Assembly: GCA_048128005.1 (NCBI GenBank)
Contig: JBEUKZ010000139.1
Span: 124,001 to 188,000 of the forward strand
DNA: 64,000 bases
Source of the DNA: Veleropilina oligotropha
Taxonomy: Eukaryota
Direction: 5' to 3'
Made by a program: the position numbers and the translations under genes. The number at the start of each line of letters is the position of its first letter. Position 1 is the first letter of the stretch. Shown one piece after another: positions 23,504-34,186 of this stretch. Under the pieces are notes generated by a model that did not search any database, had not been told where the DNA came from, and worked only from the letters and a program-made list of their open reading frames with translations.

Positions 23504-25990
23504 TCACTGTCGGGATGACCCAGATCCCGTGATACATTGTTGTCCTGCCGCCACAAAGGAAATCCGATGTTCACCCTCAGCCGTGGTCGCATAATCATGC
23601 AGGTAAAAGCGAACAAAGGTATTTGCGTTCTTCCAGTAACAAGCCTTTAAGATTTCATTGATATTCAAATTATATCGGAAGGCAAGCGAAGTGGCAACTG
23701 CACGTGTCTCGTGCGCGTGAATTGAAACGAGATCTCGTTCTGGCTCATTGGACCGAGAGTAAATCTCTTTTACAACAGAGACTATCCAACGTGAAACAGT
23801 CGATTTGCGAATGTCGCGGTGGAATTGAGGCATATGGCTAACGAATAAACGCTTTTTACCATGCCGTAGGTCTCGGGTCTTATCCAGGTAGAATCTCAAC
23901 GCGCGGACCGGGCAGTTGAGGCGGTCGATATCATTTCTATCCAGCATGGAGAGGTTACGGATACAAACCTCGGGACTGATATCTTCAGGTCGTTGTGTCT
24001 TCGCTAGGAAGCCAAGGACAGTATGCAGCGTCACCGACCCATTGGTGTGGAAGTGTATGTCTCGAAGCTCTCCGGATAAAGCGTGTATCTCCGATGCCCT
24101 GTTACCGGTGGCGAGCGCGGTAAGAAATACGGTCTTATAAGTAAGATTTTTGAGGGAAGAATCACTCATAGGCTCGTACGGGCATCTAAGTAAAGCATTG
24201 AGAACTAACAAAACATTCCAAGCGGGCGGTCGCACCCGCTGAATGGGCCGTTCGAGTTGATAGGAGCGTATGAAGTCCGATATAGTTTTGTCGGTAGACA
24301 AGCGGGTGTGCCCGCGGCATTGTCGTAACGTTGTAGCTACGCATGAACGGTAGCCTTTGACTGCGGAAATTGACATTTCCCGTTCTAGCAACGACGATAA
24401 GAACTCGATAAATTTTGTCACAGGGGGGCGGAATATATTGACTTGCCGCCCGCGACACCAATCCACAAACCTTTTCCATCGGTAGTCATATACCCTTGTT
24501 GTAGATTGTCTTCTAGATCGGTAAATGCGCTGGGCTGTCGCTCTAGAAAAGCCTTTCTTAATGAGCGATCTCTCGATAGTCGCCAGGCGTGAAAGTGAAA
24601 CTCGTTCGCCGACGGGTGTAGAACCCGACTGCGCGGTTGAGACAACAGGTCTGCCATCTGCGGTAGCGCTCGCGGCTGATCGATGAGTAGATCCAGAAGT
24701 GTCGGAAACCAGGACTGCGTTCGTTGTAGAGGTGCTATTAGCGTCAACTCGCAGTCTTCGCGGGTCGCTTTCCGTAGTACTTGTGCCAACATGCACGACG
24801 GTGGGAAGGCGTAGGCGATCAGATTCTCCCATCTCATTGACAGAGCGTCGACCGCTATAGCGGCCGGGTCCGGGTAAGGAGACACATAGAGAGGGAGTCG
24901 GTGATTGTATTCGGTTGCGAATAGATCGACTTGAGGCGTCGACCACAGGCGACAGACATCTCGGGCTACACGGGCGTGTAGCGTCCACTCTGTGTGTATA
25001 ATCTGTGTTTTCCGAGAGAGCGTATCCGCTCTGACATTCAGCTTCCCCGGGATGTGTCGGGCTCGAATTGACGAGTTGAGTGACATCACTAGGCGGTGTA
25101 GGTCGATCGCTCGGTCGCAAAGTGGACGGGAGCGAGTGCCGCCCTGGTGCTGGATGTAAGCGACGACAGTCGTGTTGTCCGTTGCTAGCATTATGTGCTT
25201 GTTTCGGAGATGTGACGAGAGGGACTGTACTGACAGGAAGACGGCTTCTAACTCTAGGAAGTTGATGTGTCGTCCCTGAAGGTCCGTAGGCCAGAGGCCC
25301 GATGTCTCGTGACTGTCGAGGTGCCCTCCCCAGCCCTCGTTTGACGCGTCCGTGAAGAGGTAGGCGTTCGGTTCTGGGGGGGATATTGGAACCGACTGGC
25401 TCGGCAGGGTAGTGTTCAACCACACTGCTGTCGTGCGATTGAACCAATGCCGTAGATCGATGCGATCCGTCCACTGTCCCGTACGTTGTATCCAGCGGTC
25501 CTTGAAGGCCTGCTGCAACGGTCGTTTGTCCATGCGACCCGTCGGTAACAGGGGAGCTACCGACTCGATGTGCCCTAGGACAGTGGCCAGTCGTCGCGCT
25601 GTAGTTATCCGTGAAGACTGTGTTTCCAGTATAACTGCGCGTAGGTTCTCTATACATTTCTGAGTCGGTTTCGCGGTGTACCGGACCGTGTCGAATTCGA
25701 CCCCTAGAAATATAAACGTCGTCGAGGGCACGAAGCAGGATTTGTCGTTGTTGATCTGTAATCCCAGGCGCTTCGCCGATGACAGGGTAACGCTCATAGA
25801 CTGGAGGCACCGATCCCGGGACGCCCCGAGAATCAGCCAGTCGTCGAGGTACATATGTACTCTGTGCCCTTGCGAGTGTAGGAAGGCGCCGAGAGCCTGT
25901 ACTACCCGCGTGAAGACGTACGGGGCTGACGATAGACCGAACGGTAGACACCTGAATTGGTAGATCGTTCCCCCGTGAACAAACCGTGAT
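23504..25990 (-). CDS. DIRS ORF3: long overlapping N-terminal region plus tyrosine recombinase
   Basis: YDYRWKRFVDWC, KTVFLTALATGNRASEIHAL, LAKTQ, CPVRALRFY, HETRAVATS, W..ANTFVRFY (R-K-H-R-W-Y catalytic set). Start codon uncertain. Confidence 0.9.
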   Translation of the reverse strand: MTVCSRGNDLPIQVSTVRSIVSPVRLHAGSTGSRRLPTLARAQSTYVPRRLADSRGVPGSVPPVYERYPVIGEAPGITDQQRQILLRALDDVYISRGRIRHGPVHRETDSEMYREPTRSYTGNTVFTDNYSATTGHCPRAHRVGSSPVTDGSHGQTTVAAGLQGPLDTTYGTVDGSHRSTALVQSHDSSVVEHYPAEPVGSNIPPRTERLPLHGRVKRGLGRAPRQSRDIGPLAYGPSGTTHQLPRVRSRLPVSTVPLVTSPKQAHNASNGQHDCRRLHPAPGRHSLPSTLRPSDRPTPPSDVTQLVNSSPTHPGEAECQSGYALSENTDYTHRVDATRPCSPRCLSPVVDASSRSIRNRIQSPTPSLCVSLPGPGRYSGRRSVNEMGESDRLRLPTVVHVGTSTTESDPRRLRVDANSTSTTNAVLVSDTSGSTHRSAASATADGRPVVSTAQSGSTPVGERVSLSRLATIERSLIKKGFSRATAQRIYRSRRQSTTRVYDYRWKRFVDWCRGRQVNIFRPPVTKFIEFLSSLLEREMSISAVKGYRSCVATTLRQCRGHTRLSTDKTISDFIRSYQLERPIQRVRPPAWNVLLVLNALLRCPYEPMSDSSLKNLTYKTVFLTALATGNRASEIHALSGELRDIHFHTNGSVTLHTVLGFLAKTQRPEDISPEVCIRNLSMLDRNDIDRLNCPVRALRFYLDKTRDLRHGKKRLFVSHMPQFHRDIRKSTVSRWIVSVVKEIYSRSNEPERDLVSIHAHETRAVATSLAFRYNLNINEILKACYWKNANTFVRFYLHDYATTAEGEHRISFVAAGQQCITGSGSSRQ

Positions 25991-26450
25991 ATGCATCGGA
26001 ACGTGTAGGTACGCATCGGTTAAGTCGATAGACGCTGCCCAGTCGCCCGGACGGATGGCCGTTCGTATCTTCGAGAGTGTTGCTTGCTTGAACTTCTCGG
26101 TACGAAGATACTGGTTGAGGAACGACAGATCGAGGATCGGTCGCCAACGGCCACCGGGTTTCGGGACCAGGAAAAAGTGGCTGTAATATCCTGGTGTGCT
26201 GGGCGGCGCGGGATAGATCGCTCTCTTTGAGAGTAAATCCCGCACTGCCTGGTCTAGGACGGCTTGTTTTTCTCCTATCAGGAGACGAGCGCGTCCTGGT
26301 GGTGGTGTCGCGTCTAGGGTTGGATGCCGGTCGAATGCCAACTTGTATCCGGCACTCACGACTGAGTGAACCCAGTTGTCCTCTGTCATTTCTAGCCAGG
26401 ACAGGCTGTACTCTGACAGACACGCTCCCACCGGCGGAAGCGTGCAACTG
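24418..26450 (-). CDS. DIRS ORF2: reverse transcriptase, RNase H and DNA N6-adenine methylase-like domain, with one frameshift near 25990
   Basis: PVGACL..W, FFLVPKPGGRWRPILDL and IDLTDAYLHVP are in one frame. YQFRCLPFGLSSAP, YLDDWL, FTDASNEGWG, HINFLELEAV, TDNTT, ADTLSR, VDLFAT and AYAFPP are in another. Confidence 0.92.
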
Positions 26451-26474
26451 AGCTCGTCGCGAGCGCCGGCAACC

Positions 26475-28703
26475 CTAGGGCCGCGGCTTCCCTCTCCCGC
26501 TCTGACGGGATTTCGTCGGAGGTGCTTTCTTCGCAACAGGTTTGTTGGCCTGAGAAGGCCGACCCGGCGAAGGTTTAGCACGCTTGGAAGGCGTATGAGA
26601 CCGGGACGGTCTCGAGCGCTTCCTAGAGGTAGCAGTCGGCGTGCTCCGAGGAGTAGCCAAGACTGCCTTCTCGATTGCGCGATCCTTGAGGTCAGCCGCT
26701 CGCTTCTCGACAAATTCGGGGAATTCGGGGAATTTGTCGCCGAAGAGAGTAGAGGCCGACAACGGTACACAACGTAGAGACAGCCGGGTGGCGTCGTCTA
26801 GGGTGGTGCCGTCTAGGCAAGCGTCTCTACGAAGTAGGACAGCATTGCCTAAGGATCGGGCTGACTCCGACGCGGAGTGCTCCGTGGAGGCGGCAACCTC
26901 TTCGAGAAAGGACAGTGCGATCTCACGAGCGCGGGGTCCGTTCTCTTGTAGTACGGTAATGGCTCCGTCTAGGAAAAAATCCTGGATAGAGGCATGCCGT
27001 AGAGCCCGACGAGCGGAGCTCTCAAAGCCCTCCATGGCGACCCATGGGACTTTGACCACTGAGGGAGCTGTGCTGGCCGACAGTCGACGCATCGCTGCAT
27101 CGATCTGAACCGGCTCAGTCTCCAGATACGCCCCAGAGCATCCGATCGACATCGGACGCTTACCGGGTCGGAGGTACTTCCCTTTACGGAGACCACGAGG
27201 GTACTCTGTTAATGAGGAAGTCTCCACCGATTTGGGTCCCTGAATGGATTTGGTCGCCGAGTCGAGGACGAGCGAGACCAACCCAGACTGGGGTAGGGTA
27301 GGAAGCAGGGGGGCTTCCGGCCCATCAAATCGACGTGCCGCTGTCCTGTGCTTGACGAAGCCTACCGGCAGAGCCGGGTCTGGCAAGTCTAGCACCCCGC
27401 GAAGCGACGCGACAGCGTCGTATCTTCTGCGGGTGGCGGAGATGGTCTCATGCGTGCCCGACTGACTACAAGAGTCGTCTGGTCCGACCGATTCAGGGAG
27501 GTCAGAGTGAGTGGAAGCACTGTCCTCGTCGGAACGAGGATCGACTTCCATCACCGAAGCATGAGCCGAGCCCGGCGTTACGGTCAGAGACGTTGGGACC
27601 TGGGGCGGCTGGGTAGCCGGTTGCCAGGACCTACAACGTGCCTCGACTTCCATCGCAATCATAGCCTGGACGCTCTCAAGAGAGAAACCCGGAGGCATGA
27701 CGGACGTCGGACCAACAGCCATTGGTCCGCTCGAGGATACCGTAGCGCATGGTTGACGGGCTGCACGGACAGGTGGAGCCGAGTACCAGGGACTCGGGTT
27801 ACCTGTCGGGAAACCGCTACCAGGGAAACGGCCCGGAGGCGCGTTAAACGGTGCGAGCGACCCGTAAGACTGCGACCACAGTCCATACGGGTCTGTAACC
27901 CTGCTCGGGTGAGGCACGGGGGTATACCCGCCGTACGCCTCAGCCCCGAACGCAGCCGATCCTACCACACCACCCGGGACGTCTTGAAAAGAACCGTCAG
28001 AGGAGGTTGGCCTTCCATCACTCTCGTGGGCCCCGACAGTGGCGGAATTAGCCTTTAAGCTAGCGCCATTGTCGGACGAGAGGACGGGTTGCGTCGAGCG
28101 TCTGGGACTTCGACCACGGTCGTGGTGCCCATCAACTGTATCGACTTTCTCTGCTAGTCTCCTTCGCCTCGTTGCCGAGGTTACTTGACTCACAGAAGGA
28201 CTAACGCTGCCTTGCTCCTCCGAGGCCGGAGGAGAGGAAAGGTTTTGTCTGCCCTGTACAGCTTTTCGCCGCGGCGCTCGATGTATCTCACTGGCCGGCA
28301 AGATACTTTGAGCAGCGGTTACTAGGCCCAAAGGAGAGGAATCGGTCGGCGCTCGGGCCATTACCTGAATCTGAGATCCCGACGAGACCGGGACTTTCCC
28401 CAAAGTCTCGGAGGTGTCGTCGGGCCCACCACGGCTACCGTCGAGAGGGTCTGAAAGAGAAAGTGAAGGATTAAAACCTGTCTCTAGCCTCTGGAGCTTC
28501 TCGGTGGATGCCCCTTCGGAAGAAGATACCCTGGTTGTCTTCTCCGAAGGAAAAAGAGTCTCCCACTGCCGATTCGTCAGTGTAACGCAATGCCCACATG
28601 GATTGTCCTTACTGCTAGAACACACACGGTGAAAAGTGCATTCGGAGTGCTTGTCAAAACCACGGATTTTCTGTCTGCACTCGGAAACACTGCAATGCTT
28701 CAT
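26475..28703 (-). CDS. DIRS ORF1 gag-like protein
   Basis: ATG at 28703. N-terminal Cys/His finger (C-x4-C..DKHSECTFHRVC..PCGHC), low-complexity middle, and C-terminal LLRRDACL..LRCVPL..LFG motif typical of DIRS gag. Confidence 0.88.
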   Translation of the reverse strand: MKHCSVSECRQKIRGFDKHSECTFHRVCSSSKDNPCGHCVTLTNRQWETLFPSEKTTRVSSSEGASTEKLQRLETGFNPSLSLSDPLDGSRGGPDDTSETLGKVPVSSGSQIQVMARAPTDSSPLGLVTAAQSILPASEIHRAPRRKAVQGRQNLSSPPASEEQGSVSPSVSQVTSATRRRRLAEKVDTVDGHHDRGRSPRRSTQPVLSSDNGASLKANSATVGAHESDGRPTSSDGSFQDVPGGVVGSAAFGAEAYGGYTPVPHPSRVTDPYGLWSQSYGSLAPFNAPPGRFPGSGFPTGNPSPWYSAPPVRAARQPCATVSSSGPMAVGPTSVMPPGFSLESVQAMIAMEVEARCRSWQPATQPPQVPTSLTVTPGSAHASVMEVDPRSDEDSASTHSDLPESVGPDDSCSQSGTHETISATRRRYDAVASLRGVLDLPDPALPVGFVKHRTAARRFDGPEAPLLPTLPQSGLVSLVLDSATKSIQGPKSVETSSLTEYPRGLRKGKYLRPGKRPMSIGCSGAYLETEPVQIDAAMRRLSASTAPSVVKVPWVAMEGFESSARRALRHASIQDFFLDGAITVLQENGPRAREIALSFLEEVAASTEHSASESARSLGNAVLLRRDACLDGTTLDDATRLSLRCVPLSASTLFGDKFPEFPEFVEKRAADLKDRAIEKAVLATPRSTPTATSRKRSRPSRSHTPSKRAKPSPGRPSQANKPVAKKAPPTKSRQSGRGKPRP

Positions 28704-29503
28704 AGCTACACACACGGGTAGGTAGGAGATAGGGTTTTTAAGTGATAAGGATATTTCCTGGGTAGTTTACCAAATTACTACTACAACCTCGATTGTACCT
28801 GATCCGAGAGTTGGAAAAGGCTGAAATACGCTATAACTTCCGGCGGATTATACGCCCAAAAACACCGACTTTATATTTTTACTTTGTTAAAAACCAGTCG
28901 TTCAACGAATTGAGAAACGGGAGGTTTTCTTATCAAGAAACCGCCCTTTTACACCTAAAAACCTCTTGGATGTATATATATCAATTTGTTAGAATTCGGC
29001 GTGCTATCCCCGATTTAGCAGATTTACCAAAATAACGCTAGTTAAATTCTAAATAATCTGCTTTTCAACGACGATAAATTTGATTACATAAATTTATAGC
29101 AAGAAAAAAGTCGTTGAGGAATTATCGTATATATAAATGAAATGCAATGCAAATTCAAGCAATATCAATAATCAACTCTCTTATCCCGACTCCGTAGTTA
29201 TTGCTAGGGAGCTTCCTTCTTTAAATATCCCTCTGAGCGTCCTCTTTTCTTTCTGTTTCAGAAGTCCAAGATGGCGTCGTCAATGGAGGGTGTCGATTTC
29301 GTTTTCTGTCCTTTTGAAGACAGGAAAAACTTCTAAGAAGGCGTCTTATACAGGAGGAGACTCTCGGACTTTCCACTAAACGTGTTCACAACACTATACT
29401 AGATCTTATGAGCTTATAGATTGTTAAAATCGAGCTCGAAAAAGATCGAAAAATCACAAAGATTGTGGAGCAAAGCAAAACGCGACTTGTACAATCGAGC
29501 GGA

Positions 29504-29719
29504 AAACTTCGGATGAGGTCTTGACCCTTGGGTCACGAGGATCTCGCGGGAGTTGGCGAGCTCTTAATAGACATGAACTGGAGGAGGTCGAGCAGGTCAC
29601 TGGGTCAGCTGGGTTCAATTTACTAAAAAGTGCGAAATTACCATTTCCACCTTGTCCGGATTTAGCGATAATAGGCTTATTATGGCATTAGTAAGGACGT
29701 AAGTATATTTGATATAGAT
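29504..29719. repeat. DIRS 5' inverted terminal repeat
   Basis: Reverse complement of 22358-22563 plus a short unique end that matches the ICR. Confidence 0.95.
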
Positions 29720-30414
29720 ACATGAAACTTTTCCCAAGGGTGATCATGTTTATAAGCTCGCAAGGGTTTCTTTGATCATCCTACCATAGAAACATAATAA
29801 TAATAATATATTTAAAGGTTTTACGTTATATATACTTAAATCATTAGATTGCATTTGTGATATCGATGTTTGTTTTGTTTTTGTTTTGTTTTTAATTAAT
29901 AACTGCAATTATTGTATTAAAGTTTTACAATTTTATATTCAATGTTATTCATAAAGCAAATATTATTACTTTAAATTACTATGTTCTATTTTCACTTTGC
30001 TTCATGACTTCATAATATACCAATATATAACATATAACGTATTACTATGCGACCAATACTATTTACTTTACTTTATATCATATAATTTTTGTACATTATA
30101 CTGTCTATGGTGAAATAAAATTCATTCATTCATAAAATAAAATTCATTCATTCATTCATTCACTAAAGAACGACGTGCGATGCATGCGCACTTTGACTTT
30201 CAAGTTGGGGAAACATTCAATTAATCCGTAAAAAGACAAAAAGTACGTACTATAATAGGCTTACTACATTTAGTAATATACATACGATAATTTATATAAT
30301 GATAATATGCATCAAAACGTAGGAACTAATTAACTAAAGTCAGTAACAGTAGCTTATTACATGAATATTTACTTTATTCGCCGCATTTGTTTTTCTGCGG
30401 TTGCGATATCAAAC

Positions 30415-31283
30415 CACAGTCCCCCGGACGACCCGTCACATATAAAAAAAATGTATCGAAATCGCCAGGCAAATGCCCCAGATATTGATTGCTATATAAC
30501 ACAGAGAAAGTTGTGCAACGAAAAAATGGCGATAATTGGTAAACACTGGCAATACACGGTCACAACTTTATACATACAAAATTGACATACCTCGTACTGC
30601 TGGAATAGATAAACGATGTATTTTTCTTGCTATCGGTGTACTTGTTCAAGGTTTATTTGGACACTGGGCTGAGAATCGGAACCTTTTTACCGATCACTCC
30701 AACACAAAAGTCTGTAACGCACGACATGACATCGCAGCTCCGCAGCGAACACAAATATTATATATTTAATAAAATAAATACTTTGTTATTTGTCTTTACT
30801 TGTAATTTATTGCTTTAAATACATTTTTTATATGTACATTTTGTCTGCGATTTTTTTTTAAAGACCTGTTAAAGAAAACGTTATTGTTTTACAAGATTAT
30901 GTAAAGGGAGATAACTGGATACGATGTCTCAAATATATAATATTTGTGTTCGCTGCGGAGCTGCGATGTCATGTCGTGCGTTACAGACTTTTGTGTTGGA
31001 GTGATCGGTAAAAAGGTTCCGATTCTCAGCCCAGTGTCCAAATAAACCTTGAACAAGTACACCGATAGCAAGAAAAATACATCGTTTATCTATTCCAGCA
31101 GTACGAGGTATGTCAATTTTGTATGTATAAAGTTGTGACCGTGTATTGCCAGTGTTTACCAATTATCGCCATTTTTTCGTTGCACAACTTTCTCTGTGTT
31201 ATATAGCAATCAATATCTGGGGCATTTGCCTGGCGATTTCGATACATTTTTTTTATATGTGACGGGTCGTCCGGGGGACTGTG
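30415..31283. mobile_element. Foldback element with 353-bp TIRs, CAC..GTG termini and 7-bp TSD (Galileo/P-like)
   Basis: Arms 30415-30767 and 30931-31283 are reverse complements (mirror ORFs appear in the track). TSD atcaaac at 30408-30414 and 31284-31290. Confidence 0.88.
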
Positions 31284-32759
31284 ATCAAACGTAACAACTT
31301 CCCGTAAGAACAGCAACTCGTGAATATTCAAAGAATTAACTGAATGCTCCTATTTTACGTCTTGACCAGTATTCATGTGATTGACTGATAAGAGTGTTTG
31401 CCTTCCGCGATGGCAGACGACTCGGTGATCACGTGGTTTTGGTCACGTGTCTGCAACCTATGTATACAGGCTGGCCAAGTTTGAAAAATTGCAAAATGTC
31501 CAACCAATCCACAGAATTTCATTGAAATCGCTTGGTGGCGGATTGACTGGCATCTTGAATTGACCTGGTTCTGTATCTGTTTACGCAAGCGATAGCCTAT
31601 ATTCGTGCCATTTCGTGGGCAAAATATATTAAAACGTGTAGATATCAACACGGGTACACATTTCTGATATCTACATAAGGTGATTTTGTCAGGATTTCTC
31701 ACCTCAAAGTCAAAGTTTCTTAAAATACAGCCGTACTTCAAAGAACCCGCTTCAAATCACAGCAGCAACCTGAAATATCAAAAGGGAGTACCCTGACATT
31801 ACGTCGCAAAATCATTTGCCCATGGATGTTTCCGACGTTTCGCCAGCATAGCTCGGAGTTCATTTTATACGCATATCTAAAAGAAACTGAATAATTTAAT
31901 GATTCAACCCAATGACATTCCTGTAAATTTGGCTTAAAAACAATGAATGCATTATACCACTATTTTTTAATATTTTATAAATTAAAACTAGATTTACGCC
32001 ACACCTCGGTTTCTGTAGGTTTCGCCCCAATCAAGTTCGCCCCATTACAGGTTCGCCCTACGCTAAAATGTCACAGGATGTTTCGCCCCAACTCTAAAAT
32101 CCGTACTTCAACAAGACAAAATATTATATAAATATAACATATGACATTAAAACGCTTACTATTTATACACCTGGGCATATTTTTTGCTGTTTTGGTTTAC
32201 TCATCGTGTATAAATCGTTGTGTTAAAGATTATGTCTGTTCTGTATTATTTATACGTTATTTGCAATGTATCGTTATGTTTTGCAATAACAATCAAACAC
32301 TTTGACATATACATGTCAGCGAACAAGAATACATAATGGTGAATACACATCAAAGGGTGTTTGATCGGTTTATTCGCATCTAATCGAAAATCGAATTGAA
32401 TCTAGATGAAATCAGTCAGGCGTGTTTCGATTGGATGCGAAAAATATATGATGGTCCGTTTCAGGAACCACGGAGCTTAGTCACTAATTAATCCAATGAA
32501 GCTCCAATTGCGCAAAAATGAACAAAATTAATATTGAGAATGTTGATAGATATTTATTTGGAGAATAAAAATAATATATATTTAAATATACATATTATAT
32601 ATATACAGTATTAACAAATATACAAAATACATTCGATGACACAATCCGTGAATATATATAAGTAATACGAACAACAGGAGTTATCTAATTTACAGGTAAA
32701 TATATGACATAGTACCACATATTTATATTCACTGACTAGTTACCTAACTTAGACAAAAA

Positions 32760-33627
32760 TGATGCAGCTCTTGCGAATTCGAACATGTTGATTTCGTTGT
32801 TACGATGTCTCTGTTGAAGATGTTCTAATCTTCGTTGTTCTTTGGATGAATCTTTTGCCGGCGTTGTATTGTACAATTTTCACTTCATTGCTGGACTGGA
32901 TGCGCCGAAGTTCGTTTATTAGTTCGAAAACGTTGGGATGTGCCTTCTGTGTCTGCGTGTTTATCTTCCTGTGCCAAACTTCAAGGTGATTCTTCGTACG
33001 AGGCCCGATGGTGGTGTCGTGATTCCATTCGGATATCGTCAGTTCTCCTTCCAGCCATTGGTTGACAACGTAGTCGGATAGACGAAGGCATCTCCCATCA
33101 TCTGGCATTACCGATATGGCATACGCCCAGACTTCTTCCACCAAATGCTCTGGCACTAATGGAAGAACAGCAGCTAATCTCACAAAAGTTTGAATGTCTA
33201 CATTTTCTTTATAGTCTTCCTGCAGACCAAGTTGTTGTGTCTTTATCCATATGCACCGCGTGTAATGAAAGTAATACCCTTTCTAGTTTGTGTTTGGAAA
33301 TATGCTAACGATAGCGTTTCTGCTGGCAGCCTCGAAGTCCATTTGCACGGTATGTGGCGATAGAATTAAGTTTTGGCTGTTGGCGCATTCCAACAGAAGA
33401 CGGAACAGGCTTTCGCTTCTTGTTGGGCAAAAGACAGAACACCAAGGGAAACATATTGCCATCAATAATAGCATGAATCGTGTACAGGTGCGTGAATATG
33501 TTAGGCGATACGTAGAAAGTTCCATCACCGTATATGGTGGCTGTTGCACACAGATGTCGGATGTTCTCGTTGGTTGCAAAAGCAAGGATACGTTCGGAAT
33601 CTCCATCGTCGATTATCAAGAATTGTT
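32760..33627 (-). pseudogene. MULE transposase, catalytic C-terminal part
   Basis: RILAFAT, DGTFYVSP, LYTIH, FPLVFCLLPNK, DFEAA, FHY, W..NH, RTKNHLEVWH across frameshifts. Confidence 0.88.
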
Positions 33628-34186
33628 ATTATTATTATTAAACTTATTTTATTGTACTTTCAACATATAAATACAGACAATTTCACAACATTAGGCATTA
33701 TAACAATTATTACATTATTATAATATTATATTACATATATTGCTGTGACATTAATAGTATGGCGATTTGATAACAGGACTAGGCCTATGTGGATCATCTC
33801 GCCGATGACATATATAAAAGGTGACAGCAGTGATATTCACATATGATATGTATAGTAATGGTTTATACTATACTATAAGTGAGCGTGAAACTAATAATAA
33901 ATGAAACAAATTGTTGGTAGGTAAATAAATTTTACAAGTACATGTGTTTTGTAATTAAGGTATAATTGTCACTCGTAATTATTATTATAAATGACTTCGT
34001 TGGTATAAGCGACGTATTAAATATTATAAGATTACGAGTTTCCCTCTTAACATACGCGATATAGGTTATGAAGGAACAAACAAACAGAGAATGGACAACT
34101 TAATTAATAATAATAATATTATAAATACATTTTTACCGCTATTATTAATAGTACATTTATTAACAGGTTATTTTTACAGGTTGACT

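Larger units (their letters stand above)
22324..29719 (-). mobile_element. Full-length DIRS1-type tyrosine-recombinase retrotransposon
   Basis: ITRs 22358-22563 and 29504-29709, ICR 22628-22717, gag, RT-RNaseH-methylase and YR ORFs. GC-rich relative to the flanks; no TSD. Confidence 0.97.

Noticed and set aside
23504..24600. Phage or bacterial integrase contamination
   Set aside because: The tyrosine recombinase is embedded in a complete DIRS element with ITRs and ICR, contiguous with host DNA.
26376..28632. Plus-strand ORFs of 70-200 aa inside the DIRS element
   Set aside because: Antisense shadows of the GC-rich gag and pol sequence with no recognisable motifs.
30361..31331. Duplicated small proteins on opposite strands
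   Set aside because: Mirror ORFs arise from the foldback arms and have no protein features.
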